A stretch of DNA of 64,000 bases from Mytilus edulis (GCF_963676685.1 NC_092351.1:63426001-63490000), one strand, 5' to 3'. Shown: positions 48,582-62,335, counted from the stretch's first letter. Notes: generated by a model not told the origin, from the letters alone. Program-made: numbers and translations.

Positions 48582-51449
48582 TGGCTTTCGAGACGCGACG
48601 GCCATACTTCCATGACGGCCCTAGGATGTGTCGGCCATACCGTCACATCGTCCATGGGACATATCGGCCACACATTGCGAGACGTATCGTCCACACTTTT
48701 AATTTTTTTTTTGAGTTTATTACATAAAATATAATACAAAAAATAAGTATTTGTTCATAATAATAACATAAATATGATTGTGTAGTACTTTTTTTCTGTA
48801 CAGAAGATTTTATTTATTCTTGTAAGAGTTATCTTTGCTTGATCATCATCGCTCGTGTTTACAACTTGTTGCGGCCATATTATGTAAGTATATTGATTAT
48901 TTCTTCATTATCAGTTGTAAACATTTTCTGAAGAATCATTTTTATTGTAATGTGATATAAAGGCATCATATTTTATATGAATTTTAAACTGCAGGAATGT
49001 TGACTGTCGCTGTCAATGACGATATATAAATACAAGCACATGTTACAGATCTTTTTATTATATCTGTAAAAAATATATATTATTCTAAACTATAAAAATC
49101 TTCTCAATCTCAGTCTTGGTGAAATTAAAAACAGGACTCAGTGTAAAGGTTAACTCTAAGGAAGGCAATTCATCAAGTTCGAGTTATATTTGTCATGATC
49201 ATCAGACACATTGTTTAATAATTCTGATTTTTTGTTCTTTCTTATAGTTTCGAGTCATTCTATTTGCTGAACATCTTTCCAAGACAGAGACTACTGCAGA
49301 ATTTTCCAATAACATAACAAATTACCCGTAAAATCTGACAGGAATGTGCACCCGATTGGCTAATTACATGATAAAAGATGGCCAGTTTCATTTTCATCAT
49401 ACTGAATGTTCTTTTTGCTTTGTTCATTGTGTTGAATTGTGTTGACAATTTAAATGTTCTCATTTTTGTGCATTTGTTGGCATTTGTTGATGGATAATTG
49501 TATTATGGGCAATCATACCAATATACTCTAGTATAAGAAACAAAAAGATGATATTTTTTTTAATATATTTTATTTATTCATTCAGTCATACAGATAAACA
49601 AATAAACACCAAACATATAAACCTTCTTCATACATACATCATACACAAACCATTCATATATACATTTCGTTCCTACATGTAGGACATTCATCTTATATAA
49701 ATTTTTTAAATTAACAATCTCGTACGTTTTCTCTCATATGCTCTTGTCACTCATTCATTTATTCCACTGCATACACATGTCTCCAAATATTCAAACATTT
49801 ATATTCACACTCACACATATAACCTATATCATAAAGCACTAAAATAAATAAACATGCAGTTATAAAAGTCACAACATAAACATGCAGTTATAAAAGTCAC
49901 AACTGAAACAAAAGCACTAAAACATACCAAAATGCACTATATTACGATCATGAACTCATTAAAGTTACTATTTTAACAAAGCACTAGTATACACATAATA
50001 AGCACAATCAATATGTTCATCAAGTCACTTCAATTAACACTTAATCAGACTCGTAGTCGGAATCGTCAGAGTCGGACTCTGGGAGGGTCTCTGGTTGAGG
50101 AACAGGTGGTGCATACAGATGGCCTACGGAACGGAGAAAGTCGGATGTTCGGATACTGTCTTCCTCGTACTGCTCCCACAGTGAAGTTAGACGGCCTTGA
50201 AGCTGCTTGTATGTGTCTCGTTGATAGCGGCTGAGCTGCTGTTCACTCACAAGCTGCGGTGTGATGGACACGGTCTTGGCTTCCTGTTGGAAGGCTGGCA
50301 CAATCTTGTAGAAATGGAGGTGGTTGTGGGCAGCCTTGCCATTGAAACGCCTATGCCACCCTAAAATAAACACAATAATTAGTAAAAAATTGAATAAAAA
50401 CGAAACAATTTTAATGTGTCTAGTGACATTTATAAAAACTCAAATATGATGATAGTTCAACTTTACCATCCTAAAATAAATAAACACAATAAATAAACAA
50501 TAGATACCAAAAATTTAAATAAAAGCGAAATATGTTTTTAATGTGTAAAGTTATTTTAATTTCTCATTGATGCTGGTTGAAAGTTACGGGAATTGTTGTC
50601 TCATCTTCTTATTTTTTATTATCTTCTTATTTTGATTTTATTATTAACTATAAAATATATTACTAAGAATTAATACCTTCTACATTATTGTTTGTCCTCA
50701 CTGAGAGCCGATGGACAGACCACTGTTGAACAGTCCAGACTGTGTTGTTGAACCAGGTACGTTGAAGGTATGTCATCAGCTGCTTGATCTGTGGTGAGGC
50801 TGTTGCAGTGGTTTGAAGCATCTCAGTAAAAGCTGGTCTAATGTGGTCAGATGGCAGGTATGGCAGAGCAAGTAACTTCCTGATAAAGAGGTGGACCCTC
50901 TTCTTGGAGTCATAGGCGGTCTTCAACCCCAACTTAGCAACCTTCCGCATGATTGCTTGGCACCAGTGGAATGAACATCCCTTTATCTCGGCTGTAGGGA
51001 AGACGGTCTTGATGGCTGACCAGGCTGTTGTAAATTTAAATGACACATTGTTTATACATAATAAAATTATATGATGAAGAGATTTTATAATAAATGAAAT
51101 TTTACACTTATACCACCTTTTTGTTTTGAATGATTGAAAAGGAATTGTGAAAGGAAATACAAATGTAACGTCAGCCATGTAGTTGTTTCATTGGCACTCA
51201 TACCACATCTTCCTTTATATCTATATTTAAATTCATTGGTGTTTATATCACATTTTGTTGTATTGTAGTATACTATGTTTTATATAGAACATACCTGACT
51301 CAAAGTCCAGACAGAAGGCTTGCACACGTAGGTCTGGTACTACCTGCTTCAGTCTTTCGAAAACCTAAAAATTAAGAATAGTAAATTTAAGTTCGTGTTA
51401 CATATACATGATATATATATAACTGAATTGTTATTTAAATGTTAAAAGT
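48582..51449 (-). mobile_element. Mutator-like element (MULE), 3' half with putative terminal repeat starting GGCTTTCGAGACG
   Basis: Begins exactly at the breakpoint with the paralogue. GC-rich CGGCCA/CGTCC-repeat terminus. Carries the MULE transposase exons. Confidence 0.6.
50041..51365 (-). pseudogene. MULE (MuDR) transposase, last three exons (~51365-51295, ~51026-50677, ~50362-50041)
   Basis: VQAFCLDFES|AAWSAIKTVFPTAEIKGCSFHWCQA..RTNNNVEG|WHRRFN with GT-AG introns. This is the D..CxxH..E MULE signature. The 5' exons are missing. Confidence 0.85.
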
Positions 51450-53532
51450 AATATTCACTGGGGTAAAGTTTATGACCGTAACTGCATTCACGGTCATCCC
51501 AAGATGTCGGATGAAAAATTAGGTCAGTATCTGTATTGTCTGTTACAGTGTTTCTATATCATTTTCTTTACAAAGTATACATTGATACGATGTAAATTTA
51601 TAAAAGATTCACACAGAAATCACAAATTACTACCGACAAATGTTCAAGAAACGCGAAATTCAATTTGAAAAAATCGCTAAGATGTCCGTAAATCATTATC
51701 AATATATTTTCAAGATGACCGTAACATAAAACAAGGATGACCGTGATTGGTAAACAGATGACCGTAACTTGTAAAAGATGACCGTAATTTGTAAAGAATG
51801 ACTGTAATTTATAAAGGCTGATCGTAACTTTTAAATGATGACCCTCAATTCTAAGAATATCCGTATTTGTATTCATGGCTTTTTGTTGTGTTTGTTTCAA
51901 AAGGGGCTTAGTTAGTGGATATAAACATGTTTCATCAATTTATTTTTAACTATTTGCCGTATTTTGAGTTCATGACAATGATAGTAAATTGCCTCGTAAA
52001 CAATAAAATATTTATTGATAACGACTTTAAAATTTAACTACAAATTGACAGAGATACGACGAAAAGTTGAAGAAACAAGAATGTGTCCCTCTGAGGTGTC
52101 TCTAGTACATGCCTCATCTACACTATAATTTTCTATGTTCAGTGGACCGTTAAAATGGGAAAAAACTGTAATTTGGCATTATGATTAGAAAAATCATATC
52201 TTAGAAAACATGTGTACTTATTTTCAAGTTAATTGGACTTCAACGTCATCAAAAACCTCCTCGACCAAAAACTTTAACCTGAGATGGAGCAGACGAACGG
52301 ACAAGCAAACGAACGGACGCACAGATCAGAAAACGTAATGCCCATGAATGGAGCATAAAAAAACACTAATCAAACATATGAATATCCGGTAATTGAGCCT
52401 CTGTGCATTGTTCCAGAGGAAGCAGATTAAAATCTTAGTCTGTCTTTATATATGGATAATATTGCTGTATATACAAATTGACAAGGTTCTCCTCAGTGGT
52501 GGAACCCCCTTTTTATTTACCGATCAGTGCATTTGAATGGGGACACATAGTTTGAACTCCCTCTACCCTGGGTTGGGACCCCTGGTTTTTTTAAATGGCT
52601 TAATCCGCCCTGCCTCTTGTGATACGCTATACACACAAGACTATTTTAAGGCCAAAGAATATTTTGCTGGAGCTCGCCTTCACTAGTTTAGTCGTAGTAT
52701 TTTAAAACAGGTTCTGTTATTTTACTTGCAAGACAAAATAGAAGACAAACCAAAGACGATATAATATCAATGGGTGTACATCCACTGGCATTTTTTTTTT
52801 AATGCATTTATTATATTACAAGGAATTCCAGAAATAAAAAAAAAGGGTTTTGGCGTTTAGTTGGAGGCTGTGCAGCACACTTTTTTTTTTATTATACTTG
52901 TAAGGTGTCATTTAATCGCGCTTTTGTTGCATGTTTTCCCCCACCTTTTCATGTGCATGTCTTGTATGTGTTCATTTTAAAAATTATACCCTCTACCGTA
53001 AAAAAAGATATATATGGTGAACTTTGTATTTAAAGCACGTTTTATTTTCTCCTACCTATAGGATAATACTCTCATATAAATACGTTTTATATCAACACCA
53101 TTAATCATTTGATACAAAAATGTTGTTATACAAATACGGATATTTCTTAGAATTGACGACCATCCTTTAAAAGTTACGGTCATCATTTAGAAATTACGGT
53201 CATCCTTTACAAATTACGGTCATCTTTTAACCAATTACGGTCACCCTTGTTATGAATTGCTGATTCTGTTACGGTCATCTCGATTGTGATTTACGGTCAT
53301 CTTAGCGATTTTTTTAAATCGAATTTCCTGTTTCATGCACATTTCTCTGAAGTAATTTGTGATTTCCGTGTGAATCTTTTATAAATTTACATCGTATCGA
53401 TGTCTCCTTTGTAAAGAAAATGATATAGAAACACTGTAACAGACAATACAGATACTGACCTACTTTTTCATCCGACATCTTGGGATGACCGTGAATACAG
53501 TTACGGTCATCAGCTTTACCCCAGTGAATATT
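51450..53532. mobile_element. 2.1-kb non-autonomous DNA transposon with ~400-bp TIRs containing ~22-bp ATGACCGTAA repeats
   Basis: AATATTCACTGGGGTAAAG..GACCGTAACTG..(51450-~51860) is inverted at ~53140-53532. The TSD is ambiguous because the flanks are palindromic TA/ATAT. Confidence 0.85.
52075..52362 (+). mobile_element. Non-autonomous Helentron-associated (HINE/DINE-like) element nested in the TIR element
   Basis: Starts AACAAGAATGTGTCC, has an internal (GAAC/GGAC)n microsatellite, and ends in the 3' hairpin ATGCCCATGAATGGAGCAT plus an A-run. Confidence 0.55.
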
Positions 53533-53904
53533 TATAATTTATAAATCTTGTAACATTCACGTGAACAGTTTACTGCATTGTTCCTAAATATTGTCTTATA
53601 ATAAACAAATGATAAACTTTTACTAGTAAGATTTTTGGACACCACCGGCTCATTGACAACCATACCACATCTTAGTTATAAAAAGTTTTAACCATTAGTA
53701 AACATCAAATAAACTGTGCATGTTCAAGATAAACAAGACTGAATCTTAGCGGGCTGTTTCGACCCGTTAAGACCGTGTCAGACCAAAACAGACCATGGAT
53801 ACAAAATTACGTTAAGATGTTGTCAGACCGTGTCAAGGCATTTCAGATTTTAAAACTTTGGACACAAAACAGGTGAAACGAAACTTTAGGCTGCAGGTTA
53901 CTCT

Positions 53905-56239
53905 GATTGGAAAACCAAAACCACCCTTATTGTGAAAAGGGCTATTGCAGTAGACAATACTAAAGTGGTAGAAGATATCTGTAAAACTCAACCCTTCACA
54001 ATTATGTGTGATGAGAGCAATGATAGAGGGAATGACAAATTATTTTTAATACTTGTTCGATACTTTGACAGTATTTTGGGTGACACTGTCACTAGATTTC
54101 TAGATATGCCTATCGTAAATATAGGGAATGCTCAAAATGTATTTGATGCCTTGGAAAATACTCTAGAGAAAAGGCAAATTCCTTGGAAAAATGTATTTGG
54201 TTTTATGTCAGACAATTGCTCAGTCATGAAAGGCAGAAAAAATTCCCTTCTCTCTAGAATTAGACAAAAGCAACCGAATGTGGTAGACATGGGATGTATT
54301 TGCCATTTGGCAAATCTCTGTTGTGGAGCAGGGGTTAAGGAACTCCCTTTACCAATTGATGACTTCATTGTTGACATATATTATCATTTTCAACATTCAT
54401 CCAAAAGAATGGAGGAATACAAGGAATATTTATCATTTTGTGATGTTGAACCTCTGAAAATATTAAAACATGTCAGTACCAGGTGGTTATCCCTTCAAAC
54501 ATTTATAACACGTATATTGCACCACTGGCCAGCTTTGAAAAGTTATTTCAACAGTCACCAAGATGTGGAAAAGGAAGGCAGAGTTAAACGTGTTGCAAAA
54601 CACCTAAATAATCCAGAAATGATGCTTTATTTCCAGTTCCTAGAATTCATTTTGGCACCTTTAAATGCATTTAATACTGCTTTTCAGGTACATGTATAAA
54701 TTGACTTCCTTAATTAATTGATTGAAACCATACATTTTTAAGGCTTGTGTATAATAAACTGACACCACCCCTATATCAACAAGCTTATACAGGTAACAAT
54801 ACAGCTAACAGTAAGGTATAATTAATCAACTCAATATACATGTATGTCCAATTGTCACTAATCACTTGTTTATATAAGTATAAATCACTGTAAATGTATG
54901 TATTTATACATTGTAGATCCATTTGTATTTAATTTTTTGGTATCTTTTTCAGGCCAATGCTGCGAAGATAGGGATTCTTCATGAACAAATTACCAGACTG
55001 TTGAGGAAATTTCTTGGACAGTTTGTCAAAGTAAAATGCATTTCATCTTGCAAGGACATTTGTGATGTCATATACCATAATCGTGATAACCAACTGTCGA
55101 ATGATCTTATGCTGTCGGCACAAAAAAAAGAAGCTACATTGTAGACTACTCTGATGATTTAACCCAAGAAACTAAGACCACATTTTTCAGGTACATAAAA
55201 TCTGGAGTAATAATTTTTATTTATTATGATAAATGATTGATTATAAAATAATTGTAACATCTATAGATAAGAATTTTAAAAAATGTATGTCAAGGTGATA
55301 TCAACACAACAATATTTTTCATAATAAAGTTTATTTTTCTAGGCATGTAAAACAGTTCTACTGTAGTGTGGTTGCAAAGATGATAAAGAAGTTTCCCTTC
55401 AAAGATGAGACACTTGTACATGTTGGATTCCTTAACCCTGTATTGAAAGACAAAGTTTCACCTGATTGTGGTAAGTCCTCATTTAAAATAAATATCACTG
55501 ATAAAAAAACACATTATTATAAACTGATCAAGAGATTTAGTATCTTAGATTGTAGATATTGTAGGCAACAACAGAACAAAAACATCTCATATATTTATAT
55601 TCCTAGACAAAATAAGTTTATTGGGTTTTTTTCAGTGATGAAACTGGTGGATACATTTCCAAACCTTCTGGATATTGATGAGAAATCACAACTACAAGAA
55701 CAGTTCACTGATTACCAGTTAACACCATTAGATGAGTTACCAAAATGCCTTTCACCTGAAACTGACATTGCCACTTTTTGGGGAGAAATGACAAAGTTAC
55801 ATGACATTTTTTCAAATAAAGCTAGGTTTATTGTTCTATCAAAACTTGCAAAAACTATGCTTGTTTTACCTAACAGTAATGCAGACAGTGAAAGGGCATT
55901 CTCTTTAGTGAAAAAGGATAGCAACAGAATTCCGTGCTGACCTAAATAAAGACACATTGTGTGCATTATTGTCTTGCAAAATGAATACCAACTTGAATTG
56001 CTATGAACTGAAACCTTGTGCACTTCTTTTAAAGAATGCAAAGACAGCTACATCTGAATATAATAATAGTTGGAAATAATATTTTGTGTTTGAAATATGT
56101 CTTGACTATAAATACTGTGTAAATATTTATTTGTTCTTTGATTGAGCCTGAAAAAAGTTCGCCTGCGTTATGACCGGAGATTTTTTTACTCAATGCATGT
56201 CATGACCTGCATTTTGACTTTCAGAGGATGACAGGTATG
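53905..56239 (+). mobile_element. hAT transposon 3' part: intron-containing ZNF862-like transposase pseudogene and 3' TIR
   Basis: FTIMCDESND, FMSDNCSVM, CICHLANL, STRWLS and the dimerisation domain LVLPNSNADSERAFS. GT-AG introns at ~54688-54952, 55191-55342 and 55471-55635. Terminus TGACAGGTATG at 56229-56239. Confidence 0.85.
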
Positions 56240-56549
56240 TATAAAACACCAAATGTAACGAAGAAGCACAAAAAGGCATGCATTAAAATTAACATCCTCA
56301 TTTTGCTTACATTATACGATTTTATTTATCTATGTAAAATGCCCCCATAAAGGATGGAAGGTTTTAAGTACTGGTGTAAAATTGCTTGTTTGAAATTCGC
56401 ACAGGTAGGATAGAATAATTGAATGTAGGACAGAAAGTCACAGGACAAAAAGTCACAATTCATTTTTTCTGATTATTTTCTTTGAATAAAAAACGTTTAT
56501 TTCTACAAAAATATTTTGGGATTTTTATTGAACTGAATTTTTCCTGTCA

Positions 56550-56980
56550 GGATATGAATATGAGATTGAATTCCGAGGAACTGCTAAACATGCGAACGCA
56601 GACTCGTTATCTAGACTTCCACTAAACAGTACTGAAGTAGACACTTCGTTGAACATGGGGTAATCTTTCCATATTGCTCAAATGGAAGCAATTCCCGTTT
56701 CGAACAAACAAGTTCAACAGGAAACAAGAAATAACTGTGTTTTGGGACTTATTACTACCTTCACACAGGATGGCTGGAACACTATTTACAAAGATAGTGA
56801 ATATGCTCCATATTATTCTAGACGACATGAACTGACTGTACATCAAGGATGCCTTATGTGGGGCGTAAGAGTGATAATTCCTAGTAAACTTCGCAATCAG
56901 TTATTAGGACAGATCCATGAAGACATCTTGGTGTCGTTAAAATGAAAGCATTAGCCCGAAGTTTTGTTTGGTGGCCAGTA
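56550..56980 (+). pseudogene. Ty3/Gypsy pol fragment (end of RNase H to the integrase HHCC region)
   Basis: YEYEIEFRGTAKHANADSLSRLP..RRHELTVHQGCLMWGVRVIIP..LLGQIHE(fs)HLGVVKMKALARSFVWWP. Confidence 0.85.
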
Positions 56981-56982
56981 AT

Positions 56983-58950
56983 TAGCCTTTTCAATAGTCG
57001 TCTGGCGCGAAAAGGCCGATAACTCATTTTTAGAATTTAGTTTTTCCGGGGACGGTCAATATCCGGAATCGCATGCTTTATCATCACCATTTGTCCTTGG
57101 ACGTCCATGAAGACACAAGTGTATGCATTCTATGAGAATAAGGTATATTTGACAAGACAGTGTTATCATTGTGTTATCATGGTATCAACAAATGTAAGCA
57201 ATGTTAGAATACCTGAATAACTTGTTAATTTGACAAATTGCTCCCCCCGAAAACATAATTTTGTAGAACTTCACTTATCGGCATCTTCGAGCGGCAAAAA
57301 AAGATTATGGATTCTATAGACGATTTAGGAAAGAAGAATTTTAACAAGGAAAATTACATAACTTGCAAAAATTGTCAAACATTAAATGATAAACTGAAAC
57401 GAGTTTGCATTGGCTGTGGGGAAAGAGAGGGTATCAAAGAAGCTAAAGCAATACAAAAAGATAAAAAAAGAAATGATACAGAAGATTGTTTTTGAGCATG
57501 ATAAAGAAAAGACAGACATGAAAGATACGACTGAAGTACATTCAGAATTTGCTCAGTTTTACCATGTAACATCAACTCATCAAGGAAAGCATGAGTTTTT
57601 TTTTACCGATCCTGTAGTTTGCAACCCTAATAGCAGTTTGGCAGTTGCTAGAGTCTTACGCAAGATTGGAGAAGAGAATGACATACTTCGATATGGTGGT
57701 AGAAAAAGACATTGGACTTTTATCTGTTGTGATGGCCTTCCATATATGATCATTAGGAAGTTAAAGCAAGAAGCAGTTATTTGTGTATTTGCTGATTGCA
57801 ACAAATCTTTTTTAACACTTGAAGAATATAACAATCATGCTAATCAGTCTCATCCTGAAGAGCAGAGAAAATATGTCTTTGAGTTTGATTGGTTATACCT
57901 CAAGATTGGTCTTGGACATTATGAGATGAATTTGATAAAGTCTTTCTTTGAGCTGAACTGGGTACCATTTCTTGAATCAATGTGTGAAGAGATGGGGTTT
58001 GAGTCAGATGCGTCTAAACTATTTGCAAAGAGATGCAAAGACCACCATAAGAGTTGGCGTCTCCTTCTCATTTTCCATTTTGGAAGTCTACACGAACTGG
58101 TTTTACCATATGTACGCCATTGCTTACTGCTGAAATCAACACCTGGGCTTTCTAGGTTTTAATGCTAGATTTTATAGTTCTAAGGAGTATCCTAACCTAA
58201 CACATTTAATAGATCAAGTTGGTAAATACTCCCAAGGAATAATTTATCTTCGAATGGCTACACGTAGGAACATTGCATCATTATTGAGGAGTTCAATGTA
58301 CATGACAAAAGAGTTGTTTCATGGAAGGCAGCACCCTAAGTACCAAATTATTGAACTGTATGATGCCATTCAATACACAATGATGCCAGAAGATGTTAGA
58401 CAGCTGTATGATGATTACTCGTCAATAAGAACTAGCGGCAATTATTCCCTAGGAGAAGATTTTGACTTCGTTCTTGAAGAAAAAATTAAGCAGCTGAAAT
58501 CATGGATACCAAAAGGTGTTCCCACTGATGAAATTTGGCAGACTGTGTGTAGAAAAAACACCCTTCTGGAGAACATAAAAGACCGCTCACTCAGTGTGTT
58601 AGGATTATCTTCATCAAAAAGTTGTACACACTCTTTAGTATTGATGATGCTGTTCTTGCCTTAAGAGTTCTCTTAAGGAAAACCAATTACTTAGGTAAAC
58701 CAACAGACCAAACTTCTATTTCTGGTGTGGCTCTTGATGAAGGGTTGATAGGATTCACAGAGGCCGCATTGGGGAAAAGAATTCATATTATAAAAACAGA
58801 ATTTCTAGGTTTACCCTTACAACCCGAGCATTACATATTTCGACATCCTGTTCCAGTCACACCTTTTGAGAGAGAGAAATTATATAGTACCAGCAATATG
58901 ACCATAAAAGAACTTCAGGATGAAATTTTAAAACTGATGATGTCTCCGCC
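56983..58950 (+). pseudogene. Academ-like DNA transposase pseudogene with inserted zinc fingers; possible TAG terminus at 56983
   Basis: CKNC..CIGC, ICCDGLPY, C..C..H...H, WLYLKIGLGHYEMN, HPKYQ and DFVLEEKIKQLK fit the Academ D..(G)H..D..E layout. Several frameshifts. Confidence 0.55.
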
Positions 58951-59399
58951 TGTGCCACAATTCGAAATGCATTACTGTCGAACATTTGTCGTTGAAACCT
59001 CATGGTTTCAACAACAGCCGGCAGTCATGCGTTTCAACCAGTTCCTGCTTGGGCCACCCATATCCCCTCCCTCCATGCAAAGTGGAGTTGAAAATGGACA
59101 ATAATAATTTGGGTAAAATGATTATCGGGTACTTTTATATTTTTATTTTACTTCTTTTTTTCTGGGGTGGGCAAAACAATATATTTTGTTATCAGAATGG
59201 GGGAAAAAAGGAAAAGAAATTTGGAAACTACTGTACAACTTTATATTCTTTTTTATATTTGGGTGGCCCTGAAAAGGACCTTTTATGATTCTGTTTGTTG
59301 GTGGCTCTGGCATCTCATTCTGCAGCAGGTCTTGGAAGCTTTGGTTTGCAGTAGCTGTCATGGTCCTGGAACTGTAAGGTAGGCTGTGGATCTAGTTGA

Positions 59400-60010
59400 C
59401 TTTGTCAGTAATAGTCATGCTTTTTGCTAATTTCTCTCCATGTCTTGTGCTCTGCTAGCTTTTCTGCATTTGGCTGTAATCTCCTTTTTTGAACTTCTGG
59501 TCTTAGTATGTAATCTTGGTTGTATTTAAAGTGTCCATTTTCTTGAGGTAACGTTTACTTCGTTCTGAAAGTTCTACTCCTAGATTCGTACATTTAAGTT
59601 GTGTCAAAGGTCCCGGCATGTTGTTGTTTCTATGTACTCCTGAAGCAAGTGTCCTTCCATATTTTTGGAGTAAATTACATTTTTGGGCAAATTTTCATGC
59701 TTTCAATAGCTGCTTTAGTTAATTTCATTTTCAGTATATCTTGAAGTAAATTTTTTTCTGTTTTATCCATTTGCAGGGCAGTGATCTGGTATGTTGACAA
59801 GTAATGTGAACGAATCCACCAGTTGAGTGCATCATCACATTTGCAGACAATGGAATGTTCAGGACACTGGGTGTAATTACCATCATAGCAGCGAAGGGTA
59901 GCACTTTTGGTAAGTCTTTGCTTATTTCATTAATGTTTTGGTCATATTTCTCCATCAGTTTCTTTAATATTATGGAGCATCTGCACTTTAGGTCTTTGCT
60001 TAACCCGTCC
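59400..60010 (-). pseudogene. Kolobok/Mutator-like transposase C-terminal fragment
   Basis: RCYDGNYTQCPEHSIVCKC..NWWIRSHYL..LLQDILKMKL..GRTLASGVHRNNNMPG..LGVELSERSKRYLKKMD, read across frames. Confidence 0.5.
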
Positions 60011-60189
60011 TAAGTTGTTTATTTTCCTTCTTGGTTTTACTATGGAACATTCCCAGGCTGTATTGAGCTCGCAAAGAGGCCCTGAATTGATATAAATTTA
60101 TTGTACATTCTTCATGACAAGGACATTCTATTGGAAAGCCTTTCCCTCCAAGCCAAGCCCCTTTCCAATACATCTTATTCTGTACAACA

Positions 60190-61610
60190 GCAGCTACAAT
60201 TAACTTTTTTATCTGTTATTGTTTCTATTCCCAGTGCATGCGGCACAAAGGCAAGAACTGATGGAGTTAATCAAGAGGACTGTCTAGAAGGATTTATTTG
60301 GAAGAGTGAAGACGGGTATGGTCATGTCATAACTTTACAGGTATGTTTCTATTGTAATAGAAGATGAAAAAATATATGTTTCATGTACATGTAAAATGAT
60401 AATTAAATAACAAGGAGATGTGGTATGATTGCAACCAAAACTAATATCCACCAATGTTCAAATGAAGTGGGTGTTAGCAACTGTAGGCAAAAGTACAGCC
60501 TTCAACAATGAGAAAATTCCATAATGTAGTGTTTGCTTTAAATATATGTAACAATTCATTTTAGAAAACTAACCGCCAAAGTAATTACAGAACAATTCAG
60601 GCATGATAAAAATTACAAGCATGAACCAAAGTCAACCACTGAATAGCTGGCTTCTGAGGTGGGACAGACACTTACAGAATGTTTGTAAACACTTATGTTA
60701 AATTTTTTTCGGTCATCATTTGGTTTTGATGGGTTTTTAAAAAAATATTTGTACATCTTTATTTGTTTACTTTTCAGGAAAATTGTAATCTACATTTTAA
60801 AGGAACATCATCTGCTGAATAAGGAAACCTATTTCAGCTTAGGAACAAATTTGATCACCGAGGTAAACCAGAATAAATGATTATAATTGACACATTTCCT
60901 ATATTTAAAATTATGTTCTAAAATTATAAACTTTATATTCTAGGTAAAAGATACCGTCAATGACTGCAGAGATTTTGTACGTTTTGTGACAAAGGGCTAT
61001 ATTATCCTAGCAGCCTTACAAATCCTGAATTTGACAGGTGTAGATGATATTAACAAAATAACTCACACAATGAAGAAAGAGGAAAAGAGAAAAATTCAGG
61101 AAAAGTTGTCATCAGACATTGTTGAAAAATATATTGTGGCCAAACCATTTGTCCTCGAAAAGAATGGCCACGACACGGCAGATAATAATAAGAGTACCAT
61201 GCGGATATCCAGGCTGCCCTAAGATATTTGCCATAAATGGAAAATGTAAGGAAAAACACATACATATTTGTTTATACAAAGATTTGCAACATCTACAATT
61301 ACCATAAACAAACAAAAAGCAGAAAGGAACCAACAAAGTTGATTCTGATAAAGCAGAAACAGAAGACCATAAGTTGAATTATTCGTGTAGTTTGTTGAGA
61401 GATGGTCTTTACGACTGGATTAGAGAGGATGCATCTACAGAAAATGATGGTGATCGTCTAGTGCGTATGTACAGGTTAGACATTCTTAAATATACTCTAA
61501 ATAACCATACAAAAATACCGTCTTTCATTCCGGCTACAAGCTTAGCTGTTAGCACTTCTACCACCAAAGCTAGCACACCAATTGCGTCACAACAGGGGTG
61601 TGAACATTCA
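60190..61610 (+). pseudogene. AcademH-like (DUF6589-type) transposase fragment with introns
   Basis: DCLEGFIWKSEDG.GHVITLQ|..GNLFQLRNKFDHR|VKDTVNDCRDFVRFVTKGYIILAALQIL..NYSCSLLRDGL..DASTENDGDRLVRMYR..NHTK. Donor at 60341, acceptors at ~60777 and ~60943. Confidence 0.65.
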
Positions 61611-62028
61611 TGTACAGCCTTATTAGTTTTAATTTTAAAAAGTTATGAAATGATATGTTCTGTATAAAAAAATCAGTGAAATTTTATCCGTGAGAGTGAT
61701 GCGATATATGGTATATTGGTCAAAAAGAAAGTTATAACAATTTGGGTATACCTGTCTGTCTGTTAATATGTCTTGTAAATATAACACCTTCAATTTCAAA
61801 TTAAACAGTTATGGTACACATACTTCATCTTAACTTTACCAAAAGGTAAAACGATTTTAATGGAAATGTTTTAATGAAGATAATTTCGGTTTAACACTTA
61901 CTGGGGGATGTAATTATAGCACACATTCAGGACGAAAAGCGTATCTTTAGCTCAAAGCTAATTGAACCATACAAATGATTTGGAGATCTGTAAAATAAAT
62001 TTCAATGATTATTTTTACTTTTTTTAGA

Positions 62029-62335
62029 AAACCAAGCGCAGGATTACTGCTCTAGAGAAGATGGAGATTGGTGCGGTTAAGAAAGCAAAGATAAGACCTT
62101 CTTTCGAAAACAAATATATGTCATCAGATGAGGAATGTGCAGATGGATTTATCACACATCAACCATCCTGGCAGTCTGAGAAATTTGCAGAATACAAAAG
62201 AAAATTAGATGGCAAATTCTAGAAAATTAGATGGCAAATTTCTAGAAATTTGCTCCACAATGAGCAGAAGACTTTTAACAAAAAGAACTATTGGCATCTG
62301 AAAAAGAGAACCCAGACATTAAAGATGAAACTCTT
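62029..62335 (+). pseudogene. Exon with MSSDEE..PSWQS..KLD motif (C14orf93-like / CACTA accessory protein-like); disrupted by a 22-bp duplication
   Basis: Acceptor TTTTTTTAG, then KYMSSDEECADGFITHQPSWQSEKFAEYKRKLD. AAAATTAGATGGCAAATTCTAG is duplicated at ~62202-62246. Confidence 0.4.

Larger units (their letters stand above)
45898..53727 (+). repeat. Segmental duplication copy 2, carrying a MULE-derived insertion (~48582-53677)
   Basis: Copy 1 reads ACAGATTAATG|TATCACAAAAGTTTTAACC. Copy 2 reads ACAGAATAATG|GCTTTCG..5.1 kb..TATAAAAAGTTTTAACC. Confidence 0.85.
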
